A stretch of 62,478 nt of DNA, counting the filler. It is 11 parts of 11 records of this genome, joined end to end, with 100 filler letters (N's around TTAATTAATTAA, not from the genome) between each part and the next. Parts side by side here need not be neighbours in the genome. Positions count along the whole stretch, not along the records: positions 31,163 to 35,593 come from SRR15195285_1909; positions 35,694 to 42,388 come from SRR15195285_1912; positions 42,489 to 47,464 come from SRR15195285_1914; 8 more parts are not named here. The stretch is one strand, 5' to 3'. Positions 32,098 through 42,579 of the stretch are shown here, in pieces (positions within the stretch are counted from its first letter, which is position 1; every line of letters begins with the position of its first letter). The notes beneath the pieces are model-generated. The model worked only from the letters and a program-made list of their open reading frames with translations, did not search any database and was not told where the DNA came from. A program made the translations under genes and the position numbers.

Positions 32098-34893
32098 ATG
32101 GCCCCGCTGCTCGATTTTCGGCTGCACTATCGCGAGCACCTGCACCGCGAGTGGGCACGAGAGTACGTAGCCCAACCAATGATTCAGCATGTGACATCCA
32201 GACTGCTCAGTTTTGCGTTGGAGTACTGTACAGTACCGTTGTGACTGCTGGCCACGGTTCTTTATTGGTCGGGGCAGGTACGTCGATGTGGATGCGATTG
32301 TAGACGCGATCCCTGAGGCAGGGGCTGGTGCGCTGGAGCTGGTGCGGAGCGAGGCGGTGAAGGCGCAGATCTTCGCTGCCGGCCGCACCCTTGAACTTCG
32401 ATCGAAGATTGACGCGCTCCGGCAGAAGTTTGTGGAGGGTGATCAGCGCACGGGGAGCGTCTTTGCTGGCGCCTCGTCTTCAGACGAGCTGCGCCGGAAC
32501 CTCAGCGCAGTGGAATTGGAGATGTCCGCCGACGAGGTGGAGTTGTTGAAGAAGTGTGGATGGCGACTGTGGCACACCGTCGAATTGCTTGAAAATTTTG
32601 TCTCGCTGAACCACGAGGCCATCGCCCGCCTAGTGCGGTGCGTAGACAGCTGCTCGACCGCAGAGGCTCAGGGCCCAGGGGCACAGTTCCTTAAAGAGGA
32701 GGCCGCTATCGGCAAACTTGTAGATGGTGCATCAGAGCTGGTGCCATATAAGAACCAGCTTACCGAGCTTCTGGCGGAGAAGTGCTATGACGGTGATGTG
32801 TCGGCTGCCGAGATGTACCTCCGTAGTGCCCATCGCCGTGAGGCGGGGCGCAGCACAATCTTTTTGGCTGGATTCACCAGTGGATTCTGCGTATGCTTTG
32901 CGGCCGGAATTATCGCGCTTGCGCCAGACCGGGTGATTTGGAGCCAGCATTTCATGTTTTACACGTATCGCAGCGCTGGACTAGTGGCGCTATCACTTTG
33001 GCTGTGGGCGGTCAATATCCTAATCTTCGAGAGGTTTGGTATCAATCACGTGTTTATCCTGCAGACGTCTCCTGCGGAGCAGTGCTACCTCCACCCTTCT
33101 CAACTGGTCGAGGTGGCTGCAATATGGACGGTGCTGCTCCTGTCAGCATTCTGGATTCAGGCTTCAAACACTATTATCGAGAAAGACATCGCCTTCACTA
33201 CACCGCCCGTCGTGGTCTGGTGCATCGTTTTGGTTTTATTTTGCATGCCATGTGGTACTCAGTCAGCAAGGTTCCTGCACTCGTCTCGGGCCATGCTGAA
33301 GCGGACCATAGCGCGTGTGCTCACAGCACCGTTTCACCCAGTGATCTTCCGCGATGTGCTCCTCGGTGATATCCTCACGGTGCGCGCTGTCAGCTACACC
33401 ATCACTGCTGCCATCTTCTACGGCCACCACCACTGCTACTAATATCAGCATCATCGAGTGCTCATCTTGTTCTGTGCTTTTGTGATGTTGTGCTCCGCGG
33501 ATAGAGTATGGTTACAGTTGGAAAAGACATGGCACACTTTCTTTGCTTTCTGCGTGTTGACGCGTTTGGGACTCATGTAGATCCGCTGTTGAACTTGACA
33601 GTAATGCAGTCTCCTTCTACAGATAGATGTGGCTGCGCCAAGGATGAGGGCTGTAAGCACACCGCAATCATTTGCAGCACCATGCCTTTTCACTATCGCG
33701 ATCATTTGCCACGGCTTCACGGGCACACGCTTTTGCAGACAATTGTGAGTTGTTGTTAATTATCACTTACGAGTGGTGGTGTGTAAATGAAGGGTCGATG
33801 CAAGAATTGCGTTGCTTGCCATCGCTGGCGGATAGACACCGTGGGGCGCAAGAAGAAGCGGAATGCGGTCGCCTCATTGCGATCGGCGGAATCGAGGCTG
33901 GGTCCGAATACTGCAAACAACCGCTTGGGATCGATACGTGGATTGCATTACTGCCGTTCTGGCTGCGACTGTTGCAGTGTCTGCGACGACACCATGACGA
34001 AGCAGTGCTCGCGAGAAAGAAGGGGGACCCCGTCAAGAGGGGGCAGCTGTGGAATGCTGGGAAGTACTCCACGTGTCTGTGCGTGATTCTGCTATCCTAT
34101 GCTGACCACATATACACTGCTGCTAATGATCCACCAACGAGCGTGAATAGCTGGTCGGAGGCAAACTGGGGTGACCGACCGTACCACAGTGCGTGGCTGC
34201 TCATGGTTGTTGTATCAACCCTGTTCAAGCTCTACTGGGATCTGGTCCATGACTGGGGATTTCCTCTGCGATTTTGGCAGCTGCGACCAGCACAACAGCT
34301 GCTGTACCCGTGCGTTTGCACCTCTCAGTTGCTTGCACAGTGGCAGGGCACTAGTTTGCTTAGCTCCAATCTTTCGTCACACCAGTGTCAGTGTCATCTA
34401 CTAATATGCACGGCAACCAACTTTGACCATGTTTGCATGATTGTACGCACGGCCTCATAGGCGTCCCGCCTACTTTGGCGCGATTATCGCCAATTTGCTG
34501 CTGCGTATGGCCTGGGCACTAACGATTTCCCCAGGCTTCTTCGGGGTCGATCATTTGGGCCGGCAGAATGGACTGTGGTTATCGAGCCTGACAGCCATCG
34601 GCGAGATTTGTAGGCGTTTTTTGTGGACACTCATTCGAATCGAAAACGCACATGCTTCTACGAAGCCGATCTACATGGCTCCGGCAACAGCGTCATTGGA
34701 ACTTAACAGCAGCTCACATCCCGGTGGAGAAGGTGGCAGTGGGACGGTGCCCGACCATGAGCAAGGGGTACATGTGGCCGTACCGTTGCCACACCCACGT
34801 TGGGAACCGAAGAAAGTGGCACAAAAGCGTAAGGCACAAGCGACCGATTCCACTAGGCCAGTGGGTCTGACAACGGCCCTACACGAAACATGA
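32098..34893 (+). CDS. XPR1: SPX-EXS phosphate exporter (XPR1/SYG1/PHO1 family), multi-exon
   Basis: SPX N-terminus (EW..E|YVD and LENFVSLN). EXS motifs GINHVFI, VIFRDVLLGDILT|S, LPFWLRLLQCLRR, NAGKY, YWDLVHDWG, NLLLRMAW and EICRRFLWTLIRIEN. Confidence 0.88.
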
Positions 34894-35039
34894 GCCTGCG
34901 ATGATAGATCTTAAGGAAGGGGGCTAAGGCGTGTATATATTGGCGCGATGGTCCTCAGCACCCCTACTCTCCCTCTATGCACTACCGCTTTTGGCCTATG
35001 ACCTTTTTCAAAACGAGCGACACAACGGTAGACTGAACA

Positions 35040-35057
35040 TGACACCGGGCATAAGGC
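35040..35057 (+). repeat. Second copy of the TGACACCGGGCATAAGGC repeat motif
   Basis: 18/18 identity to 26925-26942 on another contig. Confidence 0.8.
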
Positions 35058-35101
35058 CGTAGATGGGCGTGGAGGAGAGGAAGCAAAAAAGCGCGCAAGG
35101 T

Positions 35102-35130
35102 GGTGAGGAAGGTGAGGAAGGTGAGGAAGG
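35102..35130. repeat. (GGTGAGGAA)x3 tandem repeat
   Basis: Three exact 9-nt copies in a non-genic region. Confidence 0.8.
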
Positions 35131-35593
35131 CGCGAAAAGCGCGCGCGGCGCCCGACGATGGCGCGGCGCGCGACATGCCCACGCAGCCCGCGGCGCGGCT
35201 GCAGCCCACCCTGACCAGGTAGGAGCGCGACACGCTGCGACGGAGAGCCCACCAGCAGGGTTTTGCGCCCGACGAGATTGCCATTGCGTTCGCCACGCAA
35301 GAGGCGAAGGCACGCCTTATGGCTATGGCGACGGGTGGACCTCCAGTTTAGGTGTATGTGCATTGAATAAATAACACGAGGTCCGAGATCTAGCTCAGTT
35401 GCGAGCGCGCTTGCTTGCCCTGCTCAGTTTCCCGGTGGTGGATCCCGGACGCGTCCGGACCTGCCTTTACGCACAGCCAAAGTCAAGATATTTCCTCTCT
35501 GACTAGGCGGAGTGGAGACTCAAGTCAAGTCAAGTGATAGTGCATGTATACGGCTACTCATCATGCTAACACTGCTATATTATCTACTCTGTT

Positions 35594-35693
35594 NNNNNNN
35601 NNNNNNNNNNNNNNNNNNNNNNNNNNNNNNNNNNNNNTTAATTAATTAANNNNNNNNNNNNNNNNNNNNNNNNNNNNNNNNNNNNNNNNNNNN
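35594..35693. other. Artificial contig linker
   Basis: N44-TTAATTAATTAA-N44. Confidence 0.98.
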
Positions 35694-35778
35694 AACTCCG
35701 CCGCTTTTCCCGGCTGCACCCCGCCGCGTGCGATCCGTCGCCCATCGATGGGCTCCGTCCCACTTCGGTAGGCTGTGC

Positions 35779-36978
35779 ATGAAGGCGAGGCCTGTCCCAC
35801 CAGCAGCACCGCGCCCACCACGCCTATCCCATCAGCATCCCCCAGCTGGGTTGGGTATTAATAGCACTGACCGCAGTGACGAAGAATTGCTGCCGGTTCA
35901 AGCAGCAGCATTGTCAGCTGCACCAGCATCGTCGACTGAAGCGGTGCAAGCACGTGCCAAGGAGGACGGTGATGTGGTCGCCTTTGCTGTGTCTGCAGCA
36001 CACGCTGAGGAAACTGAAACGGTCATAAAGTCGTCGCAGCACCAGCAGTGGTGTCAGCCCGCACAGATGCTGACCGAGCCTGACCCAGAGCCAGAGCCGG
36101 CACTGGTCCCCAGCAGCGGTCAACACACAGGCGTCGGGGGAGAAATGGTCTCTCCCCGCGACGCACGGCTCGCACAAACCATCGCCCTCCGAATCATTTC
36201 GCTTCGCGAGGAGTTAAGTAGGCTTGGGATGGTTCAGCTCCGACAGAGGGCGTCAAAGGAGGGGCTTGACTCGACGGAGGTCGATAGGTCTCTCGAATCC
36301 ACACGCAATATCTCAGAGCCAAGTCAGGGGGAGACGGCGCAGCAAGCGTTGCAGGAGCGATTGGCCATGCACATCGCGTACAGGCCCGTACAAAGACGAG
36401 GCAAGATGGCCAAGGAAGGGTCGGTGCGAAGCAAGCACGGTGGAGCAATCTCAATGCTCTGTTGTCTAGCATCAATGTTTCCTGACGGCCTTGCTGTATG
36501 CCCAGGGGGATGGGTTAATGAAGTCAGCCAGCCGATGCCAGCGCCGACTGTTTGTGCTGGACGCTGAAAAGCTTTGCTACTATGAGTCCAACAAAAAGGG
36601 CCCCCCAAAGTACCGTCCGAGCAAGACTATTGAATTAGACGAGGTGGTGATGGTGGCAGAGGCGCCCGACCGTGCTGAAGCACATGAACGCGAACACTGC
36701 TTCTCAGTGGCTACGCCGTCACGAGTATTCTGTGAGCACAAGCGGGTCGAAAATTTACTCGTCTAGCTGCGGAAGCCTCACCTTTTCCATCACACTGCGC
36801 TAAAACGCCTTTAGATTTACCCGCCTGCTGCGTGGATTCAGACCTGCTATCAGAAGCGACGGGGGCAGTCGGTCGCGAACTCAACAAGCAATGGATGGAT
36901 GATATTGAGCTAAACGTGTGGCTACGACAACGAAGGAGGGGTGGCGGCCATCGCTGGGTGGCGGACAGCGCTCGCTGA
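35779..36978 (+). CDS. PH-domain protein with upstream SAP-like helical motif, at least 3 exons
   Basis: RRGKMAKEG|..QRRLFVLD..LCYYE..HCFSVATPSRVF|YL..KQWMDDI is a PH consensus spanning two introns. The start is uncertain. Confidence 0.7.
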
Positions 36979-37511
36979 TAGCAGCAGCTGCTCTTTGTAG
37001 CGCTCCGAGTCAACCGCGCGTCGGCTTCTTTCGATTACAGCAGTCTGAAGCCGTGTTGAATAAACCTCTACGTACTCGACAGCCGAAAAGTCTTCACACC
37101 ACGTACTATGTCCAGTACTCGTGCTGCTGTGGCTTGGGAAGCCAGCACAATTGTGAATGTCGCCTCTAGCTGTCCGTCCTTCGCCCCAGTGCACGAGGTG
37201 CATGAGCAAGCCTGCAAACTCAGCACGCAAATGTTGCGCTCCACCACGGAGGTTGCCCCACGGGTATTCTCCTCGGTTTCAGTCGAGATTTAGTTGGCCA
37301 CGGTATGCCCTAGCAGTTGGTCTCTGAGAGGGTGGGTGCAACGTGCAGGACCTCGATCGTGCAGCCTGTGCCAGCGGGAGGCTTCGAATTGACCGTAGAC
37401 CGCCGATTTCCATTTGTCGGGCAGGATTTCGGAGGGCATGGCTGAATCTTTAGGAGATTGGGTCAGTGATAAGATTGTTTACACAACAGTCCTCGATGTT
37501 TTTTGAACTAG

Positions 37512-38717
37512 CTATTCAGGCCCATCATCGCACAAGTCGATCACGGCGGGTGTCTCGCCGATGCAGACCTTCGCAGAAGCCCCAGCAACACCAACAGGAC
37601 GTCCCTCGCCACATACAGCGCACTGCTGTGCCCCGCTGCTATTGCGAAGGGTGCAGACGGAACACGACCATGCTAATGCTGCTGTTCCCCTCGCCGAAGG
37701 CACCGAAGGCACCGATCTTCGCGTCTTCTGGTGCTGCAGCTGTGCAGAAAAGGCGTCTGCTACCGAAGGCTGGCTTCTGGCATGGCGTCCTGGTACTGCT
37801 ACCGACGATGCACCACGTCTTTCCTTCTCGGAAGTGGATGGTGCTGTCTGTACACGAGATGTGTGACGTTTCCCATTGCGATTATCAGCGGGAATGGCTG
37901 CTGTGCGCTTCAGCGAGCCGACGCAGCCGTGAGAGTCGGGCTGCCGGTGATGGAGACAAAAGTTCAGCGCGCAGCCCTTGCAACGGCACGGCACAGCCTC
38001 TTTCCGTGCGCAATTTGAAACGCTGCACAAGTGTGTAAAAATAGCCCGCGTGGTGTTCTTAGGTCTGGTGCAGCCTTCCGCAATGTGACGCTCGACACGC
38101 ACGTCGGGGGGCTCACCGGGACGAATGGGCACTGCCTGGCCACAGAGAGGGCATATGGGGACCGCTTTGCTCGTGGTTTGATGCTCGGGGCAAGCGTGTG
38201 CTTCACAATCAACGCAGTTCTGACAGAAGCTTTTCCTGCAGCTCTGGCACTGCAGCGGTAAGAAATCGAGCGAGCTGCAGTTCGAACAGTGGCACCCGAC
38301 GTTTTCCATCAGTGTATCACCAGTCATGGTGGCTCCACTGCGCGGCTGCGAGGCGGTTCGACTGACAGCACTGGCCGCGGTAGCTCCTCCAGGCTGTTCT
38401 TCGGCTCGTCGTGCGGCAGCAGCAGCCGCAGCTTCACGCGAACTGCCACGAGCCAATCTCCCAGGAGCGTTACCGCGGCCAAGCTGCCTACCGCCCAGCA
38501 CGCCACCGCCGAAGGTTCGGCCGACGCCTCCAGCATCACCGGAGCCCAATCGCTGACCGCCGTTCTTTTTCCACTGGTTGGCTTTCTTCTTTGTCTCCTT
38601 GGCTAGGAGTGTATCCGAACGCTCGTCGTGGCTGAACTCAGCCACGTGCTGTCCCTCATTCTGATATGGGCACGATGAGCCCTGCGGACAGGGCTTCGAC
38701 CTGCTCCTACCTGGCAT
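37512..38717 (-). CDS. ZFAND2/AIRAP-like double AN1 zinc-finger protein with extra PBZ-like, VIM, NZF (RanBP2) and SIM motifs
   Basis: VGCHCSNCSSLDFLPLQC..C..HAC, CPLCGQ..VERHI..C, CSVSNC..CKGC..NFCLHHRQPDSHGC, WSCSVCTLRN..CAVC and VIDLCDD. Confidence 0.8.
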   Translation of the reverse strand: MPGRSRSKPCPQGSSCPYQNEGQHVAEFSHDERSDTLLAKETKKKANQWKKNGGQRLGSGDAGGVGRTFGGGVLGGRQLGRGNAPGRLARGSSREAAAAAAARRAEEQPGGATAASAVSRTASQPRSGATMTGDTLMENVGCHCSNCSSLDFLPLQCQSCRKSFCQNCVDCEAHACPEHQTTSKAVPICPLCGQAVPIRPGEPPDVRVERHIAEGCTRPKNTTRAIFTHLCSVSNCARKEAVPCRCKGCALNFCLHHRQPDSHGCVGSLKRTAAIPADNRNGKRHTSRVQTAPSTSEKERRGASSVAVPGRHARSQPSVADAFSAQLQHQKTRRSVPSVPSARGTAALAWSCSVCTLRNSSGAQQCAVCGEGRPVGVAGASAKVCIGETPAVIDLCDDGPE

Positions 38718-39022
38718 CGCGGCCCCTGGCTGGCGTGCGACGCGGCGGAAATGCCTCCCAAGCAACGGACGGAGCCAGGCTGGCTGCAACCAAACGCGAA
38801 ACGGTCGTGGCACCCGGCACGTCGAGCGCCCCGGGTCGCGATCGCCAGGTCGCGAGCGCCGGCGCGACGGACGGACGAACGAAACAACTTTGAATCGTAT
38901 CGTGTCACGCGTGTCTCGCTCGCATCGTTCGTTCCCGGCGCGCGCGCGCCGCCTCGTGCGCGTCTGCGCCTGGCGCTAGTGCATGCCTGCCTGGGCCGAC
39001 GGCGCACGAGTAGCTACGCGAA

Positions 39023-40423
39023 ATGATCCTGCTACTGCTGCTGCTCGCGTTCGTAGCCTGCAGCCTGCAGCAGCAGCTCGCTGCAGGCTGTGAAAATGAC
39101 CTCGATTGTTCGCTGGCGGGGTCTTGTGTGGCGGGGACCTGCCACTGCCAGAGCTGGGCTAAAGGGCCGAGCTGCGCTGCACTCAATCTGCAGCCACCAG
39201 CAAGCCCTGCAGCAGTGGTGGCTGCGGTACAGCCAGCGGGGAATTGGACGCGGTGGGGCTCTTCGGTGGTGGAATACGCAGGCCAGTACCATCTGTTTTC
39301 TGCGGAGATGGCGGACGGGTGCCCACTGCCTGTGTGGGGCTCCAAAAGCACAGTAATTCACTCCGTCAGTTCCTCACCTACGGGCCCTTTCCGCCGCCTC
39401 GGCCTAGCTGTTCCGGCCGAAGCACACAACCCTGTGCTGTCGCGGGCTACGGACGGGACTTGGCTGCTGTGGACCTGCGGCTGTCCGAGGGCCTCCGTGC
39501 CGAAGGGCTGTGATCGGGAACAGATATCATGTCCTGGAGGGCAAGCTGCTGCGTGGACGACAACCGTCTACTCGTCCAAGAGTCTCGATGGGCCGTGGTA
39601 TGTTGGGCTATGATCTAATATCTGATCACCAGGGAGGTGTGCATCCATGCTGCTACTATTAAGGGCTCTATGCATGTGTGCGTTCGTAGGGAGCCGCACG
39701 TGGATCTGCTCGGCGCCGCGCTGAAATCGACGACCGGACTCTCTCAGAACGTCTCGCCAATTATGGAGATGGATGGCAGCGTGAAACTCATGATCAAAGG
39801 GCCAGACAACAATACTGAGGCGTCCATCCTCACTGCGCCACACTGGAAAGGCCCTTGTGCGTTTGTCGCGGTCGTGCAGTTTCAACGCAACACTCGAGTG
39901 TGAAGAAGGCGCTGTGTACAATGATACAACTTGGCAGTGCCTCAATCATGAGTGTCATTTGTGCAGATACGCTTGTTCACATCAACATTTTCGCGAAGTA
40001 CTACGCGGACAACGTCACCAACGAGGATTGCTGGTGGTGGCGCAGCAACGACGGCTACTACCATGCGCTCACTCACCGGATGACGCCAGCAGACCGCGAG
40101 GGGGTTGAGAGCGGGGGGCACGCATTTGCAGCATCTCTAGACGATTGTGCGCTCCATTTCGACATCCTTTCTTAGGCGAGTGTTGTTTTTGGCGTCCTGA
40201 CTGCAACGAATGTCTGGCATTTGCAGGGAGGTATGCGCTGACTCCTGCATACAACACAACCATTGTATGCCGTGATGCAGCTACAGTCCAGCTCAAAAGT
40301 CGCGAGCGCCCACAGCTGCTGTTGCGCAATGGCACACCTACAGTACTCTACAACGCCGTGGCCGAGGGCGTTGCGGAGGGTGGAAAAGACTTCACGTTGG
40401 CACAGCTGCTCGGTCCTGCCTGA
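39023..40423 (+). CDS. Secreted GH43-like (five-bladed beta-propeller) glycoside hydrolase with N-terminal EGF-like Cys module, 4 exons
   Basis: Signal peptide, CENDLDCSLAGSC..C.C..W.GPSC, YHLFSAEM, SPTGPF, AHNP, NED..WW..YHALTH and RERPQLL. Three GT-AG introns. Confidence 0.65.
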
Positions 40424-40537
40424 GAGGCACTTGCACCCCAGATGTTCTAATAATGTTGACGTTCCATCTTACTACAAGCATTCGAATATGACACTTGTCA
40501 TGCCGCTAGACGGATTATTTTTGCGCCCGCGCAGCCA

Positions 40538-42214
40538 TCACTCGTGGCCTGTGATCGCGCGAAGCGTATGTGTCATGCGGCCGTTCGCTTCAAGCCGCTG
40601 CAGCTGTTCCTCGCTAAAGACCTGCCCATGCGAGGTCGTTGACGTCGTCCAGCCCATGATGATCGCACGACGATCCTTGCCATGTCTGTTCGGCATAGCC
40701 GTGTGATAACAGGCCGTATCAAAGAGAATCATATCGCCCGGTCGCCCAGTGAAACGCACATGATTGGCCATGCGTTCTTGTGGCATGGTCGCGTCCAGCG
40801 TCATCGATGATCGCTACAGCGATAAAGCACAGCGTGCACAGCACGTCAGTCCACGCACGCACGCAAACGAGTGCAAGGGACCGTGGTCGCTCAACGCCAG
40901 CAGCAGCGACTCACCCATGAAATCCCATTATAAGTTTCCCAGGGGCCATACTGCAGGCGATGCGACCCCGGGACCAGCGCCAGTGGACCATCCTCTGGGC
41001 CTACATCGCTGAGGTAGACAAATCCCTTGATAACGCGAGACTTGGGCAGCGGCCACTGATCTGGTTGCGATTCGTCTCTGTGCCAGTACCTGAAAACATC
41101 CAGAGACAAAAGACAGCAATTGCGGCGTAAGAAAAAATTCGACAAAGGTGTCTATACCAATTAAAAATATAGTGCACGGAGCAGGTACATACGTATAGCC
41201 GGTACCGTCAGCATCCGCTGGATAGATCCGAGCGCCAGCGCCAGTGCAAATTAAAGTGCCGTAGTTGGCTTGGAATGCCGCCTGTTCCCTCGCGCCGGCA
41301 ATGTCCTCCATGCGAGGTGAAGTTACCGGTTTTGGCAGCGTGCCTTGCGCGGACGTCAGCTCGGGCTCCCCGTTGAGGTGTGGCAGCCCGGAGCCTTTTG
41401 TGAGAACCCACTTGAGCACAGGTAGCACCTTTGGAGAATCAATGAGGTCCACAAACGCATCGTCGAGGTCAAACAGCGAGGCTGAGAGCCCGTAAAATTT
41501 CCGAGACACAACGCCAATGCCGTCTGGCACACGATTTGCGGGAAAGCCGTGACGAGCGATTCCACGAGAGGCACGGCGTGCACTTTCCCACGCCGGGCGC
41601 TCGATGCTATCGGCGACGTCCCATGCCGCGCTCATGGCTGCAACAGCTGACGGTGTGAAGCAGTCTCGGAGAATGATGAAACCGTTCTGAAAAAATAAAT
41701 CTGCCGCTGCCTGCGGATCCTCGGCGCTGCCGACGCAGTCCTCCGTAGTCGTCGGGCTATCGTTTGGCCCGAGCACCGAAATTGTCTGCTTAAGATACTC
41801 GGCCATGCGGTAGTCTTCGGCGGCGATGGCAGCCTGCTTGCGCCGCGTCAGGTCCGCTAGGCCGGCTGACGTCATTTGCCCCGTCAACGGGTCGAAGAGC
41901 CCGCGGGGAATGTTCCCACGCTCGATCTGCACCGCTTCCGCGTCCGCAAGCAGTCGCTCGGTCTCCGTCGGCGATTCCGCATACCCTAGAAAGCCTGGCT
42001 CTGGTCGCATCAACTCGCGCACGATCTCAGGTGGCACGTCTCTCGTATCCAGCTCGCCTGCCACCATGGCCGCGGCAGCAGACTCGAGCAGATCAGGGTC
42101 GACCTCGACCTCAGGCGCCTCTAAGATCGTGTCGCCAGAAGCGATGGCGGTGGTGGCGGTAGTAGTAGCCAGCAGCTGCGCCGAGAGCGACTGAAGCCGG
42201 CGCTGCACGCCCAT
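40538..42214 (-). CDS. PhyH-family dioxygenase with PTS2-like signal and UVR-like motif, 3 exons
   Basis: FFQNGFIIL, spliced YTYWHRD, KGFVYLSDV..DGPLALVPGSH and GRPGDMILFDTACYHTAMPN..RR. Confidence 0.85.
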
Positions 42215-42388
42215 TGTGTGGGCGCCGTCACTGAGCTGCTCTCGCGGCGCGGGGATCCGACATCCGAGCGCGCGGCTCGGCGTGCAGCCGCCCGCGGCCG
42301 CCGCCGCCGCGCCGCCGCACGTCCCTGTTTAAAAAACGCCGATACGATGACTGAGGGCGGTTCCAAGCACAGTGCCCAGATTAAAATC

Positions 42389-42488
42389 NNNNNNNNNNNN
42401 NNNNNNNNNNNNNNNNNNNNNNNNNNNNNNNNTTAATTAATTAANNNNNNNNNNNNNNNNNNNNNNNNNNNNNNNNNNNNNNNNNNNN
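42389..42488. other. Artificial contig linker
   Basis: N44-TTAATTAATTAA-N44. Confidence 0.98.
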
Positions 42489-42579
42489 AAGTCAAACATA
42501 CACAGGAAACAAATGCGACTTGCTAAAGGTGCCGCGCTCAGGCGTCCCCCGCGTCGTCCCGGCCGGCGGCCCGCGACAG

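Noticed and set aside
36990..37500. Possible small gene between the PH and AN1 genes
   Set aside because: Only short ORFs without motifs or a consistent splice model; probably 3' UTRs.
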